This document shows positions 7,785 to 14,889 of a stretch of 20,223 nt of DNA, piece by piece (within the stretch, counting starts at the first letter, position 1; every line of letters begins with the position of its first letter). The position numbers were made by a program, and so were the translations under genes. Source of the DNA: Candidatus Micrarchaeia archaeon (GTDB taxonomy: Archaea; Micrarchaeota; Micrarchaeia; CABMEP01); NCBI GenBank assembly GCA_038886535.1, contig JAVZXS010000009.1, positions 1-20,223 on the forward strand, in the 5' to 3' direction. Below the pieces are notes generated by a model, which saw only the letters and a list, made by a program, of their open reading frames with translations, was not told the DNA's origin and did no database searches.

Positions 7785-10700
7785 ATGTCAGAAGATAAAG
7801 ATATATTAAAGGGATTAAAATTACCTGATATTTCATTCAATCTTCCTGATGTAAAATTAACAGAAGCAATTCCTTTAGAAGAAGAAAAAGAAGAAAAAGA
7901 TAAGGGATGGTTTGTGGAAGGGATGAGTAAAACTTTCAAGGATATAGCGAGTATTCCAAAATATGCCTGGCATTCATTTGCCTATTCAACAAATGATGCA
8001 ATTGATAAACTATTAGGGGCTGGTGTATTAGCATTGACAAGTAAAGAAACAGAAGCAAAATTAACTGGAAGATTAGATGAGGAAATGGTTGCGAAATGGA
8101 TTAAAGATAAAATACAATCAATGAGAAAAGGACTAAAACAAACAAAAGAAGAAGAAATGCTAAAGGTAGAAAAAGGCAAAGAAGAGAAAAAAACCATAGC
8201 ACCAGAAGTAGGGGAAATAGCGGGAGGATTACCTGTTGGGGTGGCGGAATATCTGGCAAATATTCCCTGGGCTATGGCAGGTCAAATAGTGGATGAAATG
8301 GACAAGAGGGAATGGAAAACGCCGGACCAACCTTCTGAAGCATTAGATATAATGGCAAAAACATTGACACAAGGATTTAAGAGGTGGCTGATAGGAAGAA
8401 CATTTAAAGCAATAGAAAAAGCAAAACCAGTTAAAGCATTACTTGGCTCGGCATTACTTGGAGCAGGAGATTATACTGCAGAAAATATTATACAGGCGGA
8501 ATGGAATGAAAATTTTTTAACATCATTTGCTCAAAATTTTAGTCCAGTAGAGGCAGTGAAATCAGCAAGCGTTTTAACATTTTTACAGGCATATGGGATA
8601 AATAAAAAATTAAAGGCAGAAAAATTAAGAGAAAAAGCAAAGGTGGAATTAAAAGATTTAATAAAAGAGGAATATAAAGATGCAAAAGTAGATGGTAAAC
8701 CAGTGGATAAATATGTGGAAGAAAATGTAAAGAGAATGGAGGAATTAAGTCAAGACCCAGAAAAGGTTGAAGAGGCAAGACAAATAGCACAAGAAACAGC
8801 AAATAACCTGCATAAAATCAAAGAAGGGGAAGTAAATGTAGAAACGGAGCCAATAGAAATAATGCAACAATGGAAAAGGCAACTGGAAATACTTAAAGAG
8901 GAAAAAAATAAGGCAAAACAAATAGAATTGGAGAAAAACAGAATTCACAAAGAGACAATAAAAAATATAGATTATTTTGAAGATAATAAATATTGGGCGA
9001 AATATTTAAGAAGAAATATCACAGAGGAGGAATTCAAAGGCAAATTAAATGCAATAATCAGGGATTTAAAAGATGATTTGGAGATAGCAAAAAATGAAGC
9101 AAAAAAGGCAGAATTAAAAAATAAGATAAATGCTTTGAATAATGCAATAAATAATGCAAAAGATATATTAGAAGCATCAAATAAACTGGATATAGAAAAA
9201 CTTGGAAATTATTTTAAGGATATATCAGATATAAGCAAAGGCAGAAGTATATTAGAAATTGAACCAGAAGAAATAAAACCTACGGAAATTAAACCTACGG
9301 AAATTAAGCCAGAAGAAGTAAAGCCCATAGAAATTAAGCCAGAGGAGATTAAAAAAGAGGAGGCAAAGCCATTAGAGGCAATAGAAGAAAAAAAGGTGGA
9401 AGAGGTTTCAAAGGAAATACCAACGGAAGAAGTAAAGACAGAAGAAAAACCGAAAAAAGAGCCAATCCCCGAAATTAAAGCAGAGACAAAAATAGAGGAA
9501 GAACCAATAACCCAGAAAACCGAAGAAAAAATTGAAATGAAGGCAGAAGAAAAATCAGAGGGAGCAAAAATAGAGTTGCTTGATAAAATTAGGAAGAATA
9601 TAATTGCGATAGCCGAGGATAGTAAAAGATTTGAAAGTGAAGGCTATTTTTTTAGTGAATATCACGAAGCATTAACAGATTTTGCAGGCGTAAAAAGGAA
9701 ATATAATATTGCGATGGCAAATCTAAATATGACAAAAGCGGATATAAGACAAATGCAAATGAAATTGGAAAAAATGAATGAACCATATTGGAAAACGGTG
9801 CTTACTAAAGAGGAAATAGAAGAAATGAGAAAAGAAAGGAAGAAATTAATCCCAAAAATAGAAGAGGAAAAGAAAAAACTTAAGGAATATCAAAAAAAAT
9901 TTGAAGAAATATCTCATAAATACGAGATGGCTCTAAAGGCAAGGGAAATCTGTGAGGATATATTTGGAAAGAATATGTCTTATATTCAAAATGTAAGGAA
10001 GTTATTAGAGTTTTTTATTGATGTTTATAAGCAAAAACAAAAAGGGTTAAAGTCAGAAGATATAGTAATACCAGAGGATTTAATTAAAGAAATAAGAAAA
10101 AATCACCCAGAAATTGAAAAAGCATTAGAAGTTAAAAAAGCAGAAACAGAAACAAAAGAAGCGGAAGCAGAGAAGCCCGTTGAAGAAAAAAAGAAAAAAA
10201 TATCCGAAATGACGGAAGAAGAGCAGGCAAAAGCAAGAAAAAGAATAGAGGAATTAGAAAAAGAAATAAATGAAAAGGGAACTAATAATATTATTATAGG
10301 TCAGGAAAAATTTAAAGATATTAAAGGGAAAGCATTCTTTAAAATTTTTAAGCCTTATATGGATTATATAAAAGACAAACAGGAATTCAAAAAAGATTTA
10401 GATGCTTCCATTGATATGAAATTATGGGAATATATCCAGACCTATGGAGAAAAGCCAAGCCCTCAAACAATATATAATTTTGTTACAAATATAAAAAATG
10501 AAATGATTGCAGAAAAAAGATTTGGAGAATTAGAGGACAGGAGCATTCAGCAATTAAAAGAAAAGGGCGTGGAAATGAGGGAAGTGGAAAAAACTCCAGA
10601 AATGGAAGCGAAGGAAAAATTATTTAAAAGATTAAGCGAAGAAGTAGAAGGAGAATTTGAAGAATATATGCAAAAATCTGCCTCATTACCAGAGGATTTT

Positions 10701-13643
10701 GCGGATAGATATGGTGATATAGTAATTGGAAGTGTAACAAAAGAAGTATATATGCCTTATGTGGACCAATATGGAAAAAGGATGACTAAAGTGCAAATAA
10801 GGAAGGCAATAGCAAATAAGATTAAAGATATAATGCAAAAAGACCCAACGGTTAAAAGGACAAGAAAAAGAAAAATGAAAGGAACTGTTGGAGAATTGTT
10901 TGAAGCAGGAGATACCAAAGCAGAAGAAGCGGAAGTGGCGGACACAATTGCAAATGCAGAGAATAAAATAAAAACATCAGGCTTTATAACTGATTTTGGA
11001 TTAGGGGATTTGATAATTGGGACAGCCGACAAATTAAAAAAAATAAATACTAATATTGCAGAAAAATTAAAGGATAGAAATGCGGTAAAAAAATGGAAAA
11101 GGGAAGCGGGAGCCAAGATAAATCTTATATTGGAAGTGGTTGATAGGATAAACAAATTAAATGCCCAAAAAGATATAGAACAATTCAGGAAATTAAGACA
11201 GGATTTTATTGACGAATACGGCATAACTCCAGAAAATTATCTTAAAACATTTGGAAATATTTATCAAGATATAAGAGCAATACAAAGATATATATCCTTC
11301 CCCGAAACGCTTGCGAGGAAAAATCCTTATTTCAGAAAAATCTATGATGGAATGATAAATATTTTGCAGGATAGAACAAGATTGATTTTTGAATTAAGGG
11401 ATAATTATAAATTAAATGAAATATTAAATGAAATTGATAAAAATGAGAATGTAAAAAATCTTTTATATGATGCCAAATATGCAATAATATTGGGAAAATT
11501 GAAAGATTACGATTATATGAGCCAAAAGGGTTTTACAAAAGAAGAATATATAAAAATACAGAACTTAATAGAAAATAACAATAATCCCAGAAGAACTATC
11601 TATTCAATTATAAATGCAAAAGAAAATTGGTTGAAAAATAATGGATTATTTGATATAGCAAATAAATTGAGAAGATTAAGAGAAGAATGGAATGAAAATA
11701 TCAAAAACATAAATAACAAGAATATTAAAGATTTATGGGATCTAAATGAGGCGGATATAAACCTTCTTAATGATTTTAAAGCCTTGAATGATAGAATGTA
11801 TAAGGACACAATGGACAGCATAATGAAGGCAATTGAGGAAAGATGGCAGGGCAATGATGAAAAAATGATAGCGGAAAAAGAAAGGCTATTAGAATATTTA
11901 ATTGACCATTATGACCCATTTTATTTCAACAAGGAACATCCAAAAGCAAAATATACATTATTGATAAGACAATCTGGAGCAAAGCCTCTTGCATTATTTT
12001 TTGAGAGTGAAAAAGAAGCAATAGAAGCAATGAAGCAATATAAAAGAATGGGATACGAAAACATAGAAATTGAAAAGTATAAGAGCTCGGCGAGGTTGGA
12101 TTATTTAATTCCCGTTGATAAGATGTCAGAATTAAATGCATATGATCCACAAATTGTAAAGGAATTATTTGAAGGGGAGGAAATCCCTGGGTATTGGGGA
12201 AGGTTACTTTCAGCAAAATTTTTACCCGATGAAAATCTTGATTTGAAAAGGAATACTGCCTCTTATGTATTGCAATGGTCAAATTTTATAGCAAAAAGAA
12301 ATCATAAAGGCAAAATGGTTGAGGCATTGAAAAAATTAAAAGAAACAATGCCAAAATCAAATATGCTTATCACTGCTGAAAAATATTATAATGATGTTAT
12401 GTTTCCAAAGACAAACTGGATGGCAAGATTTACTGGTTATCTGGGGGCATATTATCTTGCTGGAAACATTAAATCAGCAATGATACAATTTACACAGCCT
12501 TTTCTTTTAACTTATCCTTATCTTGTTGGCAAAACGAATAATGCAGTCAAGGCAACTAAATTATTAATTCAAGGATACAAAGACACAATGGACTTTTTCT
12601 TGCGTCCGGAGAAAATGGATAAACAAAAATACGAAAATGCAAAATATTTTTGGGAAAGAGAAATGGAAATGGGAGTGGCAGAAACGGATATGTTAAGAGA
12701 GATGATGAGAGGGCAATCAGCGTGGAATAAAGCAATAAGCATTTCTATGTATCCTTTTCAATATGCTGATAGGATACAAAGATTAATTGCCTTCTTTTCA
12801 GGATATAATATAGATAAAAATTATTCTCAAGCAGTGGAAGTTTCACGAGAAACTAATTTTAATTATGCAAGGGCGAACAGACCTGAATTAGCGAGGGGAT
12901 TGCTTTCACCGATTTTTGCCTTGCGTATGTTTGAAGGACACTATTTTAGATTGATGAAAGAATATCTACAGGAAAAGCAATGGAAGGCATTGACTACACA
13001 GGCAATAACTACTGGAATATTAGGCGGGATAATTGGATTACCTTTCTCGGCTCAACTTATCAATGCTTTACAATGGGCGGGTGTCAATATTGATTATGAA
13101 ATGAGAAAATTATTGAAAGATAATACAATAACTGAATTATTGCTTTACGGAGCCCCAATTTTAGCTGGCATAAATATTTCCTATTCATTGAGCATAGGAA
13201 GATATTTACCTGCTATGGATAGAAATTTTGCTTATAATTTTTTAAAGAGTGTATTGGGAGTTTCTGGGGATTATCTTGATAGGACCTCAAGGGCATTAAA
13301 TTACGCTATTATGCAGAAGCAATATGGGAAAGCATTTACAAGAATAATGCCAATTGCGATATATAATATGGTTAGAGCCAGAGAAACTTATGAAGAAGGA
13401 ATACAGGCAAAAGGTAAAAAACCACTTGTCAGAAGAGATGAACCTTATTTGCAATATTTAACAATATTAAAAGGACTGGGAATTCAAAATATAGAACAAA
13501 CATTACAATATGTATATGAGGAAATGGCAAGGTCAAAATCATATACTCCTGCGGAAAAAAGGGAATTTTACCAGATGCTTTTAGACAGAAAAAGCCCGAT
13601 TAGAGAAAAAATAAATAATCTATTTAAAGAGGAGGGAAAATGA
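7785..13643 (+). CDS. Large internal virion/ejection protein (1952 aa), large polyvalent protein-like C-terminal module
   Basis: N-terminal Gly/Ala amphipathic segments and a long K/E-rich middle. The C-terminal region has 'YYLAGNIKSAMIQFTQP', 'ADRIQRLIAF', 'SRETNFNYARANRPELARG' and 'LGGIIGLPF', resembling PLxRFG-type large phage proteins as I recall them. Last of the ejection trio. Confidence 0.65.
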   Translation: MSEDKDILKGLKLPDISFNLPDVKLTEAIPLEEEKEEKDKGWFVEGMSKTFKDIASIPKYAWHSFAYSTNDAIDKLLGAGVLALTSKETEAKLTGRLDEEMVAKWIKDKIQSMRKGLKQTKEEEMLKVEKGKEEKKTIAPEVGEIAGGLPVGVAEYLANIPWAMAGQIVDEMDKREWKTPDQPSEALDIMAKTLTQGFKRWLIGRTFKAIEKAKPVKALLGSALLGAGDYTAENIIQAEWNENFLTSFAQNFSPVEAVKSASVLTFLQAYGINKKLKAEKLREKAKVELKDLIKEEYKDAKVDGKPVDKYVEENVKRMEELSQDPEKVEEARQIAQETANNLHKIKEGEVNVETEPIEIMQQWKRQLEILKEEKNKAKQIELEKNRIHKETIKNIDYFEDNKYWAKYLRRNITEEEFKGKLNAIIRDLKDDLEIAKNEAKKAELKNKINALNNAINNAKDILEASNKLDIEKLGNYFKDISDISKGRSILEIEPEEIKPTEIKPTEIKPEEVKPIEIKPEEIKKEEAKPLEAIEEKKVEEVSKEIPTEEVKTEEKPKKEPIPEIKAETKIEEEPITQKTEEKIEMKAEEKSEGAKIELLDKIRKNIIAIAEDSKRFESEGYFFSEYHEALTDFAGVKRKYNIAMANLNMTKADIRQMQMKLEKMNEPYWKTVLTKEEIEEMRKERKKLIPKIEEEKKKLKEYQKKFEEISHKYEMALKAREICEDIFGKNMSYIQNVRKLLEFFIDVYKQKQKGLKSEDIVIPEDLIKEIRKNHPEIEKALEVKKAETETKEAEAEKPVEEKKKKISEMTEEEQAKARKRIEELEKEINEKGTNNIIIGQEKFKDIKGKAFFKIFKPYMDYIKDKQEFKKDLDASIDMKLWEYIQTYGEKPSPQTIYNFVTNIKNEMIAEKRFGELEDRSIQQLKEKGVEMREVEKTPEMEAKEKLFKRLSEEVEGEFEEYMQKSASLPEDFADRYGDIVIGSVTKEVYMPYVDQYGKRMTKVQIRKAIANKIKDIMQKDPTVKRTRKRKMKGTVGELFEAGDTKAEEAEVADTIANAENKIKTSGFITDFGLGDLIIGTADKLKKINTNIAEKLKDRNAVKKWKREAGAKINLILEVVDRINKLNAQKDIEQFRKLRQDFIDEYGITPENYLKTFGNIYQDIRAIQRYISFPETLARKNPYFRKIYDGMINILQDRTRLIFELRDNYKLNEILNEIDKNENVKNLLYDAKYAIILGKLKDYDYMSQKGFTKEEYIKIQNLIENNNNPRRTIYSIINAKENWLKNNGLFDIANKLRRLREEWNENIKNINNKNIKDLWDLNEADINLLNDFKALNDRMYKDTMDSIMKAIEERWQGNDEKMIAEKERLLEYLIDHYDPFYFNKEHPKAKYTLLIRQSGAKPLALFFESEKEAIEAMKQYKRMGYENIEIEKYKSSARLDYLIPVDKMSELNAYDPQIVKELFEGEEIPGYWGRLLSAKFLPDENLDLKRNTASYVLQWSNFIAKRNHKGKMVEALKKLKETMPKSNMLITAEKYYNDVMFPKTNWMARFTGYLGAYYLAGNIKSAMIQFTQPFLLTYPYLVGKTNNAVKATKLLIQGYKDTMDFFLRPEKMDKQKYENAKYFWEREMEMGVAETDMLREMMRGQSAWNKAISISMYPFQYADRIQRLIAFFSGYNIDKNYSQAVEVSRETNFNYARANRPELARGLLSPIFALRMFEGHYFRLMKEYLQEKQWKALTTQAITTGILGGIIGLPFSAQLINALQWAGVNIDYEMRKLLKDNTITELLLYGAPILAGINISYSLSIGRYLPAMDRNFAYNFLKSVLGVSGDYLDRTSRALNYAIMQKQYGKAFTRIMPIAIYNMVRARETYEEGIQAKGKKPLVRRDEPYLQYLTILKGLGIQNIEQTLQYVYEEMARSKSYTPAEKREFYQMLLDRKSPIREKINNLFKEEGK
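9255..9374 (+). repeat. In-frame 15-bp tandem repeat, ~8 degenerate units encoding E-(I/V)-K-P-x
   Basis: GAAATTGAACCAGAA GAAATAAAACCTACG GAAATTAAACCTACG GAAATTAAGCCAGAA GAAGTAAAGCCCATA GAAATTAAGCCAGAG GAGATTAAAAAAGAG GAGGCAAAGCCATTA. Confidence 0.9.
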
Positions 13644-13915
13644 AAGAAATTATTGCACTAATGGGAACACTTATTGCACTTATGACCTTTTTCTGGATGA
13701 TGACAAACAGGAATATATGCAAAATTATAGAAAATGCTATCAAAAATCACAAAGAGGACCAGAATGCCCACTATATTTACACTGATAGGAACACACTTAA
13801 TCTTACTTATGAAAAATTGATAGCAAAGCTTGAAACAATGAATAAAGAACTTATTGATTTAAGAGAAGAATTGCATCTTTTTAAAGAAAGATTAAGCACA
13901 AAATTTGATTTATAG
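13640..13915 (+). CDS. Small membrane protein, holin-like (single N-terminal TM helix plus C-terminal coiled coil)
   Basis: ATGA overlap with the upstream stop and SD GAGGAGG. Hydrophobic IIALMGTLIALMTFFWMM followed by a heptad-like LIAKLETMNKELIDLREEL. Sits at the end of the late operon. Confidence 0.5.
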   Translation: MKEIIALMGTLIALMTFFWMMTNRNICKIIENAIKNHKEDQNAHYIYTDRNTLNLTYEKLIAKLETMNKELIDLREELHLFKERLSTKFDL

Positions 13916-13924
13916 GAGGATATT

Positions 13925-14131
13925 ATGGCAAAAGAAAAATGGATACAAAAAGCAGTATCTAAAATGAAAAGAAAAGGAACAGTTGGGTCGCTAACACGAG
14001 CGGCAAAAAAAGCAGGGGCCTATAAGGGAGGCAAAATTTCTCTTGAATATCTTCAATCTCTGCTAAAAAAAGGCGGGAAAATGGCTAAAAAAGCACGATT
14101 TGCCCTTGCTATGCGTAAAATTAAGCGATAA
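13925..14131 (+). CDS. Small highly basic protein (68 aa), putative nucleic-acid-binding/condensing virion protein
   Basis: SD AGGAGG. K/R/A/G-rich with only two acidic residues. The 'KWIQKA...G.L...KKARFA..MRK' pattern resembles a recurrent small basic viral protein family. Confidence 0.7.
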   Translation: MAKEKWIQKAVSKMKRKGTVGSLTRAAKKAGAYKGGKISLEYLQSLLKKGGKMAKKARFALAMRKIKR

Positions 14132-14202
14132 TCAATTTTTCATTTTTGCCTATCTAATCACCCTACCCCATTAAAGAAAATTGATTATAGGGCAAATATG
14201 AA
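14128..14202. repeat. Interlocking inverted repeats (A-B-A'-B')
   Basis: ATAATCAATTTT (14128-14139) is perfectly complementary to AAAATTGATTAT (14177-14188). TTCATTTTTGCCTAT (14139-14153) is imperfectly complementary to ATAGGGCAAATATGAA (14187-14202). Confidence 0.75.
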
Positions 14203-14243
14203 GGCGATTTTTTCCTTGATTTTATGATAATTAAAATCTCCGC

Positions 14244-14273
14244 TTGACAAGTATTTTATTTTTATGTTATTAT
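14244..14273 (+). promoter_or_regulatory. Sigma70/SigA-type promoter with extended -10
   Basis: Perfect TTGACA (14244-14249), 18-bp spacer, TG-n-TATTAT (TG 14265-14266, -10 at 14268-14273). Confidence 0.7.
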
Positions 14274-14279
14274 GAAAAT

Positions 14280-14348
14280 GCATAAGGATTAACCTTTAAA
14301 TGAGGTTAGCTTTAAAAGCCACTTGCCCGCCTGCAAGTGGTTTTTTTT
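14280..14348 (+). ncRNA. Candidate ~70-nt small RNA with two hairpins
   Basis: Bounded by the promoter and an intrinsic terminator. Internal hairpin TAACCTT-TAAAT-GAGGTTA (14290-14308). No plausible SD-led ORF. Confidence 0.5.
14314..14348 (+). terminator. Rho-independent terminator, probably bidirectional
   Basis: AAAA-GCCACTTGC-CCGCCT-GCAAGTGGT-TTTTTTT: GC-rich stem, T8 on the + side and an A4 run upstream (U tract for the - strand). Lies between convergent operons. Confidence 0.85.
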
Positions 14349-14414
14349 ATGATTTTTTTTATTAAAAACCTTATCCAAAAATAAAGCAGTTAGTAATTGA
14401 CTTCTTAATTTTAA

Positions 14415-14464
14415 TTTCCGACCAAAAGTGTCCCTTTTCCGACCAAAAGTGTCCTTTTTGACAC
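14415..14464. repeat. Two tandem 21-bp direct repeats (iteron-like) plus inverted GTGTC/GACAC
   Basis: TTTCCGACCAAAAGTGTCCCT (14415-14435) and TTTCCGACCAAAAGTGTCCTT (14436-14456), 20/21 identical. GTGTC (14449-14453) is inverted to GACAC (14460-14464). Confidence 0.9.
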
Positions 14465-14550
14465 GCCCCCTTATACTATTGAAAGACCAATAATTATAAA
14501 TAAATAATCTTGAATTATGTTTTTCCTTTGAAATTATCTTAAAAACATTA

Positions 14551-14877
14551 TTATTCTTTCATAATGCAATCTGCCCCTATAACGCAAGGGCAATACCATT
14601 CCTGACCTTTCGCAAGAAGGATATGCTTGTCGCTTTTAAAGATTTCCATCTGGATTTCTGATTTTTTACCCTTAAAAACCTGTAAATCCAGCTCATTTTT
14701 CTTCTGGTGATATCTATATATTTCATTAAATATCACTCTAATTCTTTCCCTTATAGGAATATGCGGTGGCATTTCAAGTGCAAGTTTATCAAAATCCAGT
14801 TCATCAAATAGCTCTGGCAATTCTATTGTATAGGTTCTTCTTAATGATTTTTTTTTGATTTGTGTGTGTATTTTCAT
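14551..14877 (-). CDS. Hypothetical protein (108 aa) with C-terminal CPC...C
   Basis: Strong SD GAGGAGGT before ATG; tandem TAA TAA stop; last gene of the - strand operon. Confidence 0.75.
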   Translation of the reverse strand: MKIHTQIKKKSLRRTYTIELPELFDELDFDKLALEMPPHIPIRERIRVIFNEIYRYHQKKNELDLQVFKGKKSEIQMEIFKSDKHILLAKGQEWYCPCVIGADCIMKE

Positions 14878-14889
14878 ATTTACCTCCTC

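Noticed and set aside
1506..12282. Alternative-frame or antisense ORFs in the left arm (1506-1733, 3703-3903, 5463-5918, 5887-6204, 7982-8197, 8539-8802, 8745-8948, 10757-11224, 11600-11854, 11926-12282)
   Set aside because: They overlap long, coherent + strand genes, and most have the F/L/S/I-rich composition expected from the reverse complement of K/E-rich coding sequence.
14272..14292. Short peptide ORF MKMHKD in the candidate sRNA
   Set aside because: Six codons, no SD, and the first ATG overlaps the -10 box.
14321..14332. Terminator loop TTGCCCGCCT complementary to AGGCGGGAAA (14071-14080) in the basic-protein gene
   Set aside because: Only 7 contiguous base pairs, and AGGCGGG also occurs elsewhere (~13022, ~18305), so it cannot be distinguished from chance.
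14415..14456. Mini CRISPR array
   Set aside because: The two repeats are directly adjacent with no spacer.
14458..14490. Second sigma70 promoter at TTGACA (14458-14463)
   Set aside because: No -10-like hexamer at 16-18 bp spacing (sequence there is GAAAGA).
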